Below the pieces are notes generated by a model. It saw only the letters and a program-made list of their open reading frames with translations, was not told the DNA's origin and searched no databases. The translations under genes were made by a program, and so were the position numbers. Below are positions 1 to 48,334 of a stretch of 64,000 nt of DNA, piece by piece. This stretch comes from Octopus bimaculoides (taxonomy: Eukaryota): contig NC_068997.1 of the NCBI RefSeq assembly GCF_001194135.2, positions 28,059,352 to 28,123,351 of the forward strand, in the 5' to 3' direction. The first letter of the stretch is position 1, and each line of letters starts with the position of its first letter.

Positions 1-51
1 TTTTCCATTCACCAAGAACTTGGTCCAAAGCTTGTAATGATTAAGAAAATG
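1..51 (+). CDS. TRPM: TRPM exon (partial, S4-S5 linker)
   Basis: [17 protein letters not shown] followed by donor gttagt. Confidence 0.85.
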
Positions 52-3000
52 GTTAGTATGAATCCTTTTCTTCACTGTTCTGCTATGAATCATGCAAAAT
101 CTTTCCTTCAGTAAAATAACCATTTTTTCTCTTTTCTTTTTTTTTTTTTGTAGAAATGTAGAAAAATATTGAAGATTTTACAGTCAATACAAATTGATTG
201 TTTTTTTTTATATCCATTCATTAGCTAATCTTAGAAGAATAAAGGTTACTTTTCTGTTCTTGAGTCTAGCCCAGCAGTTCTCAACCACAGCTCCCAGGGA
301 ACATGTGGCCCTTAAACATCTTTCTGGTGATCCCAAAGGTTTTACTCTCAAATATAAAAAAATTTTCTTTACTCATCTTATGCTTTACTTTTTCTGAAGC
401 AGCCCCCTAAAAAATATCCAGGTTTTGAATCTGACTTGGATATTAAAAAGGCTGAAAACCACTGGTCTAACCATTAAACTCAATTGATGTTCTGTCTGCA
501 GTATCAAATCACAACAAAATGAATTCTATCAAATACTGGCTAATCTCATTTTGAACAGAATTTTTTAATACTGAACGGTTAACTATCATCATAAAATGTT
601 ATCTATATCAATTATATTAACGTAATGATTGTTATTTTCCCCCCTTAATAATATCTATCTTCAGATGCAAGACCTTGGATATTTCTTCATGATCCTGTTT
701 GTTTTCATGGTTGCCTATGGCATTGCTACCCAGTCAATTCTCCACCCAAGTACACCAATGTCATATGATCTATTTAGAGGAGTTTTTAAAAAAGCATATT
801 TTCAGATGTACGGAGAACTTTTTCTTGACGAATATGATGGTAAATAGTGATTTATTTTCTATTTTTCATTCTCTTTTTCTCAGCTTTCACATTATTTTCA
901 TTCCTACAACATTAAGTTAACAGTTCATCAAAAGAGACCAATATGGTAGGTACCAGACTTAAGAAATAAGTACTACAGTCAATCTGTTTGGCTAAAACCC
1001 CGCTTCAAAGTGCCTCAGTGTGGCCAGTCAAATGACTAAAACAAGTAAAAAACAAAAGATAAAAGAATTGTGAAATCTCCATTTTTCAACAGAGAGAAAA
1101 AAAAAGAAGAAGAAACCAAGAAGAAATTAGCCAATATGTCTCAATCAAATCCATAGATCTAATATTTGACTTTTGCCTGTGTTTAATAAAAATTATTTCT
1201 ACCTGGAATTTGGTGGAGGATATAACCAATTATTGGGTATGCAGGTATTTTGAAAATACCTTGTGAAGCCATGACCATGTCCTGCATAATGACAGACTGC
1301 CCTTTGGCAAAGCATAACAGCCACTCAGTTACCTGACCAGGGATACAGTGAAGTCATGGGACTGCAGCATAGTGGATCGTGATATATGTCTGCCTTGGTA
1401 AATTCCGTCTGACCCATTCAAGCATAGAAAATTCGATGTTAAATGATGATGAAGAGGATCAGAAGCAGCTTGAACCTTCACCTTGCTAGTTTAAGTGGGG
1501 AAATAATCCTTATGAGATACAAGTTTAAGATTATATTGCACCTGTTACTGCAATTGCTGAAATGGTTCTTGATTTTTGCATATTTCTTGTGTTTCAGAAA
1601 CTAATTGCAATAATATAACTGGCAAATGTCCCTCAACGGTTGGCACATACATCGCACCAATTTTGATGTGTTTATATATTTTGCTAACGAATATTCTTCT
1701 TCTCAATTTACTCATTGCCATGTTCAGGTGAGAACTTTAACTTTACGTGTGCGTGTGTGCATGTGTGTGTGTGTGAGTGTGTGTGTATGTGTGTGTATGA
1801 ATGTGTGCATGTACAAGTGTATACATGTGTGCATGTCAGTGTGTGAGTATATTCATGTTCAGTGTGTGTGTGTGTGTGTATATGCATGTCTGTGTGTGTG
1901 TGAGAGAGAGTGTGTGTGTGTGTATGTGTGTAGATGTATGTGTGTGTGTGTGTGTGCAAACATGCACATGTATAAATGTTCTTTTCTCTAATAGCTGTGT
2001 GATGTATATAAGTGCATGATGGTAATGATGATGATGAGGAGGAGAAGGAGGAGGAGGTTGATGGATATGATTATAGTCGTGATGATGATGACAACAATGA
2101 TGATGTAGTGATGTAGATGTAGAGAAATTATTCTAAACATAACAAAACCCAATATTTATTTCAATATATATATTGTTTCTTTTCTTTTTCTTTTACATAT
2201 CAGTTGCACATTCCAAAATGTGCAGGTAAATACGGACCTTCACTGGCACTTCCAAAGATACAGCCTGATCTTTGAGTTCTACACTCGACCCCCTCTTCCC
2301 CCTCCTCTCATCCTCTTGAATAACATCTATCTCCTTTTTCGATACCTTTACAAAAGAAAAAGACATTTACCATACAAGAAAAAATCTGGATTTAGTAAGT
2401 ATTGTTTTTTGGGTTTTTTTCTCCTATATTCTTATTGTTATTCTTTTACTTGTTTCAGTCATTTGACAGCAGCCATGCTGGAGCACCGCCTTTTAGTCAA
2501 ACAAATTGACCCCAGGACTTATTCTTTGTAAGGCCAGTACTTCATCTATCAGTCTCTTTTGCTGAACCCATCAAGCTACGGGTGTCATAAACTCACCAAC
2601 ATTGGTTTTCATTCTTTATCTATTAATATCTTTCATGTGCCTCACTGAGGCGATGACTACTGACCGAGACCTTTGGAAATGTGCTGTGCATGAGAAGACC
2701 CGGCAAGCCAAGTGAGATCGTTGCCAGTGCCCCTGGACTGGCTCTTGTGCGGGTGGCACATAAGATGCACTATTTTGAGCGTGACCGTTGCCAGTACCAC
2801 CTGACTGGCATTTGTAGGGTTTTCGAGTGAGATCGTTGCCAGTGCCCCTGGACTGGCTCTTGTGCGGGNNNNNNNNNNNNNNNNNNNNNNNNNNNNNNNN
2901 NNNNNNNNNNNNNNNNNNNNNNNNNNNNNNNNNNNNNNNNNNNNNNNNNNNNNNNNNNNNNNNNNNNNNNNNNNNNNNNNNNNNNNNNNNNNNNNNNNNN

Positions 3001-5273
3001 NNNNNNNNNNNNNNNNNNNNNNNNNNNNNNNNNNNNNNNNNNNNNNNNNNNNNNNNNNNNNNNNNNNNNNNNNNNNNNNNNNNNNNNNNNNNNNNNNNNN
3101 NNNNNNNNNNNNNNNNNNNNNNNNNNNNNNNNNNNNNNNNNNNNNNNNNNNNNNNNNNNNNNNNNNNNNNNNNNNNNNNNNNNNNNNNNNNNNNNNNNNN
3201 NNNNNNNNNNNNNNNNNNNNNNNNNNNNNNNNNNNNNNNNNNNNNNNNNNNNNNNNNNNNNNNNNNNNNNNNNNNNNNNNNNNNNNNNNNNNNNNNNNNN
3301 NNNNNNNNNNNNNNNNNNNNNNNNNNNNNNNNNNNNNNNNNNNNNNNNNNNNNNNNNNNNNNNNNNNNNNNNNNNNNNNNNNNNNNNNNNNNNNNNNNNN
3401 NNNNNNNNNNNNNNNNNNNNNNNNNNNNNNNNNNNNNNNNNNNNNNNNNNNNNNNNNNNNNNNNNNNNNNNNNNNNNNNNNNNNNNNNNNNNNNNNNNNN
3501 NNNNNNNNNNNNNNNNGGCACATGAAAGACACCATTTCGAGCGTGGCCATTGCCAGTACCGCCTGACTGGCCTTCATGTGGGTGACACGTAAAAGCACCC
3601 ACTACACTCTCTGAGTGGTTGGCGTTAGGAAGGGCATCCAGCTGTAGAAACTCTGCCAAATTAGATTGGAGCCTGGTGTTGCCATCCGGTTTCACCAGTC
3701 CTCAGTCAAATCGTCCAACCCATGCTAGCATGGAAAGTGGACGTTAAACGATGATGATGATGATGATGATGTTGACCATAACAACACTTGTGTATATTTT
3801 TCTCTATATCTTTCTTCCATAGGAGAAAAATTTGACAGAAATGATGAGAAACGCCTGATTCACTGGGAAGATGAGATGGCAGACTCTTATTTATCAAAGA
3901 AAGAGAAATATGATAGTAATAGCATGTATGAGAAAGTAATTTCATCTTCAAATCGGTACGTATTCCAGTTGTAACGGAAGTGGTACTCAAAACCTAAAAG
4001 AAAAGCACTTTTATATTTGTGGTGTAAGGATGACTGAATTGACATCACTTCAAATTTTGATGAAAGGAAAATATAATTACTGTAATAAATGTAGTTTGGT
4101 GCTCTGTCTCCATTCTCTTGAAGAGGATCCAAAATGTGTCGTGATGCATGTGACACTGCCCAAAATAACTTTTTTTCCCCTGAAAATATTAACTGACAAT
4201 TCCTCAGAATTTCTCCAGAACACCATAAAAATCCCCCACAGTGCTTATTTACATTGATATTAAAATTTCCAAAATTTCAAATGTGTTTGCTGGACAACAA
4301 TATTTGTGGTCATAATTCTCATTTGTTTGGTATGACATGGATAAGAAAAATCAATGTGACATGATAAAGAGTCTCATATTAAAGGGATCTGCACGAAATT
4401 GTCTCACTATCAAAATCTGGTCAAAAATGAACCATTCCAACATACTGTTATGGATATTTAGAGATTTTTCTAAGCATTCTAAAAAATTTTAAAATTAAGT
4501 AGATAAGTATAGGCGCAGGAATGGCTGTGTGGTAAGTAGCTTGCTTACCAACCACATGGTTCTGGGTTCAGTCCCTCTGCGTGGCACCTTGGGCAAGTGT
4601 CTTCTACTATAGCCTTGGGCCGACCAAAGCTGTGTGAGCGGATTTGGTAGACGGAAACTGAAAGAAGCCCGTCGTATATTTGCAATGTCCTGTACCCAGA
4701 TATGCACCTATACATACAGGTGGATGTCGGTATGCACATACCTGTACGTATATATGCATATACTCATTTACTATTTGTTTTTACATGACTGGACGCAGCG
4801 TCACCAATTTGTAAGTAGTTATCGTGACTTTATATTTTCCGACGCTACTCTATCTCTTTCTCTTTCTCTTCCTCTATCATTTTTTCCCCCTCTCGTTCTT
4901 CCTCTTTACTACTACGTATCTCGCTTTACCCCTCTCGTTCTTCCTCTGTTACTACTATGTATCTCTTTTTTCCCCCTCGTANNNNNNNNNNNNNNNNNNN
5001 NNNNNNNNNNNNNNNNNNNNNNNNNNNNNNNNNNNNNNNNNNNNNNNNNNNNNNNNNNNNNNNNNNNNNNNNNNNNNNNNNNNNNNNNNNNNNNNNNNNN
5101 NNNNNNNNNNNNNNNNNNNNNNNNNNNNNNNNNNNNNNNNNNNNNNNNNNNNNNNNNNNNNNNNNGTATATTTGCAATGTCCTGTACCCAGATATGCACC
5201 TATACATACAGGTGGATGTCGGTATGCACATACCTGTACGTATATATGCATATACTCATTTACTATTTGTTTT

Positions 5274-5304
<31 letters not shown>

Positions 5305-8196
5305 ATGTTTGTGTGTCTGTGTTTGTCCCCCCCCCTCCAACTTCACTTGACAACTGAGGCTGGTAAAATGGAAAAAGCTTAACCACAACCAAGAAGGGAG
5401 CTTCATGGAAAAAAGGTTCTTCTCTCTATCTGGTGGGATTGCAAAGGAGTAATTCACTTTGAATTGTTACCACCTAATGCAACAATCAATGCTCAAGTCT
5501 ACTGTCAGCAATTAGAGCGTTTGAACCAAGCTTTGAAGGAAAAAAGACCTGCTTTAATGAATCGAAAAGGAGTGACATTTCATCAGGACAATGCGTAACC
5601 CTACTCTGCAAAGATAACATCACAGAAGAATGAAGAGCTTGGTTGGGAAAAAATTCCTCATCCACCTTATTCTCCCGACCTTGCTCCTTCAGACTACCAT
5701 TTGTTTCATAGTTTACAGAATCATTTGGGGAACATAACTTTCACAAGCCAGGAGGAGGTCGAAACTGACATTTCAGAGTTCTTCGCTTTGAAACCATAAG
5801 AGTTTTACATTGATGGGGATAAAAAGCTTGTAAATAGATGGAAGGAAGTCATAGATAATCAGGGAAAGTACATTGATGATTAAATTTCAATTAAATATAA
5901 CATTTGATCACTTGTTTTCTTTATTCAAAATTCGGACAGAACTTATAGGATGACCTAATACTACCTACTACACAAGGGAGAGCTAAAAAGTTCCTGGTTT
6001 TAAAGGTATCATGAAAAGCCTGGTTGGAGGCCCAACCTTCCAAGTTCTTTTACAGGGCTTAGAAATACTGAAGGATTGCTGCAATAAGTGTGTGAATCTG
6101 AGAGGGGAATATGTTGAACAAAATCATGATTAACTGATCCTCCTGTACTTTTTTTTTTAATCCAAAGCCAGGAACTTTTCAGCCCCACTCCCTCAAATAT
6201 TTTCTATCCAGTGTTGGTAATGTTTCATTTGTGAGGACCTATAACTTCATATCTTAAGTTACCTTTAAAACATTTTCTTATGTGACATTAGTCGAACACA
6301 ATAACACATGTACTATCTTTATCCTTACAGAATTGACCAATTAACACTGAAAATAGAAGAATTACAACACCAACTGCAATATTCTAAATATGAAAATTCA
6401 CAGAATGTTGTCCCTAAAATTTTGTCTCCAAAATCTGTAATGGAAATTTCTAAAGATATCAGCACTTCAAATCAGAAGCTACAAAAAATTGAAGAAAAGG
6501 TTTGTAATTTATTATTTTTAATTTAAGAACACAGTTAAAATGAATCCATTAGAGCATATCTTTTAGAATCAATTGGTGAATTACAAAATATACATATATA
6601 TATATATATNNNNNNNNNNNNNNNNNNNNNNNNNNNNNNNNNNNNNNNNNNNNNNNNNNNNNNNNNNNNNNNNNNNNNNNNNNNNNNNNNNNNNNNNNNN
6701 NNNNNNNNNCACACACGCACACGTACCTAACACTCACAATCCCACACACACATGCACACGGACACATACACATACACACGCACACACACCTCTCACCAAC
6801 ACAAGACACTCACAGACACGCATACAATCACACACATGGGCATAAACACACGCACATACAGAAGCAAACGCACGCACGCACACACACGTACACAGCAACG
6901 CACATATACACAACATACACATACACACAAACACACACGCACGCACAAAAACATACACATACACACACACGCATGTACAAAATACACACACACACATGCA
7001 CACGTACCCAACACCTACAACCCCACACAAACACACACACATACTCAAAAACTGCCTGCTGACCTTCCACTGACCATTGTCCATAAGCACCCACTAACTA
7101 TTCCTGCTACNNNNNNNNNNNNNNNNNNNNNNNNNNNNNNNNNNNNNNNNNNNNNNNNNNNNNNNNNNNNNNNNNNNNNNNNNNNNNNNNNNNNNNNNNN
7201 NNNNNNNNNNNNNNNNNNNNNNNNNNNNNNNNNNNNNNNNNNNNNNNNNNNNNNNNNNNNNNNNNNNNNNNNNNNNNNNNNNNNNNNNNNNNNNNNNNNN
7301 NNNNNNNNNNNNNNNNNNNNNNNNNNNNNNNNNNNNNNNNNNNNNNNNNNNNNNNNNNNNNNNNNNNNNNNNNNNNNNNNNNNNNNNNNNNNNNNNNNNN
7401 NNNNNNNNNNNNNNNNNNNNNNNNNNNNNNNNNNNNNNNNNNNNNNNNNNNNNNNNNNNNNNNNNNNNNNNNNNNNNNNNNNNNNNNNNNNNNNNNNNNN
7501 NNNNNNNNNNNNNNNNNNNNNNNNNNNNNNNNNNNNNNNNNNNNNNNNNNNNNNNNNNNNNNNNNNNNNNNNNNNNNNNNNNNNNNNNNNNNNNNNNNNN
7601 NNNNNNNNNNNNNNNNNNNNNNNNNNNNNNNNNNNNNNNNNNNNNNNNNNNNNNNNNNNNNNNNNNNNNNNNNNNNNNNNNNNNNNNNNNNNNNNNNNNN
7701 NNNNNNNNNNNNNNNNNNNNNNNNNNNNNNNNNNNNNNNNNNNNNNNNNNNNNNNNNNNNNNNNNNNNNNNNNNNNNNNNNNNNNNNNNNNNNNNNNNNN
7801 NNNNNNNNNNNNNNNNNNNNNNNNNNNNNNNNNNNNNNNNNNNNNNNNNNNNNNNNNNNNNNNNNNNNNNNNNNNNNNNNNNNNNNNNNNNNNNNNNCCG
7901 TGAAACGTCGTACCAAATTAACTAAAGGCAGGTTTGTTTTTTTACTCTTCTCTTCTGTTCTGTGTGTACCATAAATATCGCTATCAATTAGAGAAAAATT
8001 TGTAGTTTTGGAATCAGTAGTTCTTTGGCTGCTATTTCTGAATTCTCAGTATGTTGGAGAAGCAGGATACTGCTAATCCCTATATATTTATGATTATAAA
8101 TGGTTTTACTGATAAGGTTTTTTCATACTGAGCTACCCGGCAAAATTGTTAATTATTAATTTTATTACTAATTGACGATTCCCTGCCCTATATATC

Positions 8197-8230
<34 letters not shown>

Positions 8231-8385
8231 CGCATATATATATATATATGGCAAGATACATTACTCTAAATACTAATTAACAAAAAATTGGTGTTTACTT
8301 TCAGATTAACGATATTGATACATCACTTGCTTGGATAAAAGAAAAACTCAGAGGAGAAAATCTTCAAGCAGAGATTTCCTGTTGA
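1..8385 (+). CDS. TRPM: TRPM-family cation channel, 3' part (S4-S5 linker to C-terminus). Exons 1-51 (partial), 665-839, 1598-1727, 2204-2394, 3823-3955, 6331-6499, 8305-8385
   Basis: Spliced translation: [17 protein letters not shown] / [28 protein letters not shown]...[13 protein letters not shown] / ...[19 protein letters not shown] / ...[26 protein letters not shown] (TRP box) / coiled coil / ...QAEISC*. All introns GT-AG with consistent phases. Confidence 0.95.
665..839 (+). CDS. TRPM: TRPM exon (S5, pore helix, filter)
   Basis: ttcag acceptor, MQDLGYFF...[10 protein letters not shown], gtaaat donor. Confidence 0.95.
1598..1727 (+). CDS. TRPM: TRPM exon (outer pore, S6)
   Basis: [11 protein letters not shown]...[12 protein letters not shown]; ag/gtgag boundaries. 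Confidence 0.95.
2204..2394 (+). CDS. TRPM: TRPM exon (TRP box)
   Basis: [35 protein letters not shown]; ag/gtaagt boundaries. Confidence 0.95.
2638..3770 (+). mobile_element. 5'-truncated RTE-clade LINE: ORF2 C-terminus, 3' UTR with double-hairpin tandem array, (GAT)n tail; gap inside
   Basis: [25 protein letters not shown] (2638-2715), then array, ggcgttaggaagggcatccagc segment and (GAT)n. Confidence 0.8.
3823..3955 (+). CDS. TRPM: TRPM exon (post-TRP helix)
   Basis: [23 protein letters not shown]...; phase-compatible on both sides. Confidence 0.88.
4512..4680 (+). mobile_element. tRNA-derived SINE, 5' part. Other copies near 15525(-), 22590(-), 24440(+), 32190(+), 36160(+), 36900(-), 45310(+), 50205(-)
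   Basis: A-box-like tggctgtgtggtaa, B-box-like gggttcagtccc, then a shared ccttgggcaagtgtcttctactatagcc core recurring more than 10 times in the window. Confidence 0.85.
5362..5960 (+). mobile_element. mariner (D,D34D) transposon, 3' half, defective
   Basis: [16 protein letters not shown]...FHQDNA*P...[16 protein letters not shown]...[15 protein letters not shown]; D34D spacing; in-frame stops; right TIR ending ...ggatgacctaa plus TA. Confidence 0.95.
5971..6197 (+). mobile_element. mariner-derived MITE
   Basis: TIRs gctaaaaagttcctggttt / aaagccaggaacttttcagc; interior encodes [23 protein letters not shown], like a transposase C-terminus. Confidence 0.8.
6331..6499 (+). CDS. TRPM: TRPM exon (coiled coil)
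   Basis: [16 protein letters not shown]...KLQKIEEK; ttacag/gtttgt boundaries. Confidence 0.85.
8305..8385 (+). CDS. TRPM: TRPM terminal coding exon
   Basis: tttcag acceptor, [32 protein letters not shown] about 60 nt downstream. Confidence 0.8.
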   Translation: MNDIDTSLAWIKEKLRGENLQAEISC

Positions 8386-8799
8386 AACGCTGGTTGAATA
8401 TGTATGGAATTGTCTATATATGTCTTTCTACCAACAATGTAATAAATATTTAATAGACAAAAGTATTGGGAAGTTATTAATTATAACAAACCAGACACAG
8501 CAGCAGCAACAAGAACAGCAGTTGTAGTCAAAATGGATGTAAGCAATAGTTATGTCAGGTGGGTCATACAAGAGACATCGTGTATAAAAACTGTATTTAT
8601 ATATAAGCGTTATGCCTCTGTCCTCTGGCTATTGGAATAACATAGCTGGTGGAAAGACAAGTGATAGAGAAGGAGGCAGCTTGAATGAGGTGTGTGAAGG
8701 ACAAGGAGAGAGAATAAAGAGACAATCTGCTTTTCCTTGGAACTTTAGCAACAAAAAGAAATATATGTATTTTTACATATTTTTGAGGGCGGGCTGCTT

Positions 8800-8938
8800 G
8801 TGAATTTACAGTATTTGGGGGTGGAGGGTGTGTGTATTTATGGAGTTTTTTTGGCGGGGTACATGTGAATTTATGGGGTTTTGGGTGGGGGTGCATGTGA
8901 ATTTATGGGGTTGTGGGGGAGGGGTGCATGTGAATTAA
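8800..8938 (+). repeat. G-rich tandem repeat of about 31 bp, 4-5 units, downstream of the TRPM stop
   Basis: Repeated catgtgaatttatggggtt...gggtg. Confidence 0.7.
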
Positions 8939-11006
8939 TGTTTTTCACAGAAATGAAAGATCAATTTGGATAAAAATAAAGAATTCTAAAAATAAAAAGT
9001 GATAATTGTTTATTAATTAAAGAAATGCAAAAGAAAAATATAATTAATACAAATATTTTGTTAAACCGTTAAAATATATTTTACTAGTAAAGCACTTTGA
9101 AATACTGGACACAGAGTATAATACCAGGGTATAATCCATTCCAAATTAGAGACAGCAAAGAGGGGACTTGGATGTAAATAACCATGTTCTTCACGCTATA
9201 TTTAAACTATTCTACTCACTCTATATTTGCTTAAGTTTCTAAAATATAAACAATATTCAGAAATTTCACAATCTTTTATTTATTTATTTTTTACAAAAGT
9301 TTAATTAAACTAAAAACAAAATATAAAAATTGAGCTGCAAAAGAAGAAAGGTAGCATAGACATTGGACATATATAGTATTAACAGCAAATAAATCTCAAA
9401 TATTGTTTGTAAGAAAAAAAAATTGCTTTATTTATTTAGTTGTATTTTACAAGATAACAATAGAATTTCAGATACAAAAATATACGGCTGGCACCAAAGA
9501 CAAAACAAACATTTTGTTATATTTTGGTTTCTACATATCTAAAATAGCACCTAACTGGTATTTTCTGGATAAGCAGATCTTTAAAGATTTTGGATTATAC
9601 AATAAAGGCTATTTTAAGATAGAGATTAATTTCAAAATTCACTCCTCGAATTTTCTGGAAAGACTGTTGTTCTAATTAATTGCTTTTATAAAAGATCCTA
9701 TCACATGACACTGTCCCCTGGAACTGTTATCACAATTCCTTTACAGCTGTCCAACTCAAAAGAGGCAACACTGTCAAGAGAACTTGGAACATGAAGATGT
9801 CAGCTTTAAATTTGTACTGCCTTCAATGAGGGACAAAAATCATGGTCTAGAAAATTCTTGACCAGTCATTCTTTGTGTTTCGTCTTGCATGCAATTAAAA
9901 TTAGAATGTCAACAAAATAAAACGTTAAGCAAAATTAGGGAGGGAAAACTTTTCACAAAGAAAAGCAGTGGTAAATATTTATCACACAGTATGGTTTTTT
10001 TTTTTCTTTTTCAAGTGAAAATCAACCAAATATCAATAATAAGCTGAATAAAACCACTCCACAGATTATATAGGTAGCATGGCATTAGTTTGGCATCAAG
10101 CACTTTTACTAGAGTCTTCTGAGACTTCTTTCTAGTGTAAAAAATAAATATAAAATAAAAATCACNNNNNNNNNNNNNNNNNNNNNNNNNNNNNNNNNNN
10201 NNNNNNNNNNNNNNNNNNNNNNNNNNNNNNNNNNNNNNNNNNNNNNNNNNNNNNNNNNNNNNNNNNNNNNNNNNNNNNNNNNNNNNNNNNNNNNNNNNNN
10301 NNNNNNNNNNNNNNNNNNNNNNNNNNNNNNNNNNNNNNNNNNNNNNNNNNNNNNNNNNNNNNNNNNNNNNNNNNNNNNNNNNNNNNNNNNNNNNNNNNNN
10401 NNNNNNNNNNNNNNNNNNNNNNNNNNNNNNNNNNNNNNNNNNNNNNNNNNNNNNNNNNNNNNNNNNNNNNNNNNNNNNNNNNNNNNNNNNNNNNNNNNNN
10501 NNNNNNNNNNNNNNNNNNNNNNNNNNNNNNNNNNNNNNNNNNNNNNNNNNNNNNNNNNNNNNNNNNNNNNNNNNNNNNNNNNNNNNNNNNNNNNNNNNNN
10601 NNNNNNNNNNNNNNNNNNNNNNNNNNNNNNNNNNNNNNNNNNNNNNNNNNNNNNNNNNNNNNNNNNNNNNNNNNNNNNNNNNNNNNNNNNNNNNNNNNNN
10701 NNNNNNNNNNNNNNNNNNNNNNNNNNNNNNNNNNNNNNNNNNNNNNNNNNNNNNNNNNNNNNNNNNNNNNNNNNNNNNNNNNNNNNNNNNNNNNNNNNNN
10801 NNNNNNNNNNNNNNNNNNNNNNNNNNNNNNNNNNNNNNNNNNNNNNNNNNNNNNNNNNNNNNNNNNNNNNNNNNNNNNNNNNNNNNNNNNNNNNNNNNNN
10901 NNNNNNNNNNNNNNNNNNNNNNNNNNNNNNNNNNNNNNNNNNNNNNNNNNNNNNNNNNNNNNNNNNCTGATTAAAATGTCAATGGTTTGTTTCCCTTGGC
11001 TGGCAC

Positions 11007-11096
<90 letters not shown>

Positions 11097-11767
11097 TAGT
11101 GAAGACACTTAACTCTAAATAGCCCATTCCACCAAGATGAAAATAGGCACTATAGGAGGCTAAATCTCACCACCCAAAGCAATGTTAGAATCATACAACT
11201 AACAATGTCTCATTAACCAGAGGTGCTGAGTAAAATATTTGCTGAGGAATGCAAATTGGTGACAAGTAAAAATTCCATCAGGTAGACTTGACCCTAGATA
11301 AAACTCCACAAATCCAGTCTTAAAGTGATTCTCCAAATAGTTTAATGTGCACAGAGTTTCAAACCTATGTTTGTTACCCATGTTCAAACAAAATATATGT
11401 AAGGGAAACAAATATAACTTTGCAAACTTAGAAAACATAAAATAAACAATGTTAAACTTTGGTGGGAAAGAGGAGAATGTAATATGAAAACGACAGAGGT
11501 AAGAATAATTATGACCAAAATAGTGGTATGGAGCAGCATTATATATACAGCAACAACCAGAATTAATGAATTCTAAATGTATAGAGAGAGATTTCTAATG
11601 TCAATATTGGTGAATGTTCTGCGAAGAAAGAGAAATTACGTGTGGGTGTGTGTGTGAATATATATATGTATGTGACCCAAAAGCCACTAAAATGGTCATG
11701 TGACTTCTGGGCCACCTTGCATATATATATATAGATATATATATATATATATATATANNNNNNNNNN

Positions 11768-11806
<39 letters not shown>

Positions 11807-11845
11807 GGATATATATAATAGTGGCACATATCAGTTTAATTGATT

Positions 11846-48334
<36,489 letters not shown>

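Noticed and set aside
1626-2019. ORFs of CVCV/HTHT/IYIY type (also 6700-7100, 28368-28818, 29754-30724, 41891-42503, 46468-47459)
   Set aside because: They are translations of dinucleotide or tetranucleotide microsatellites, and often span N gaps.
3685-3705. Antisense CTGAGGA-ctggt-GAAA hammerhead-like core in the RTE tail
   Set aside because: Only 5 nt lie between the core halves, with no stem II and no stem I in register.
5166-5275. Exact direct duplication of 4672-4780
   Set aside because: It flanks an N gap and is most likely a scaffolding overlap artefact.
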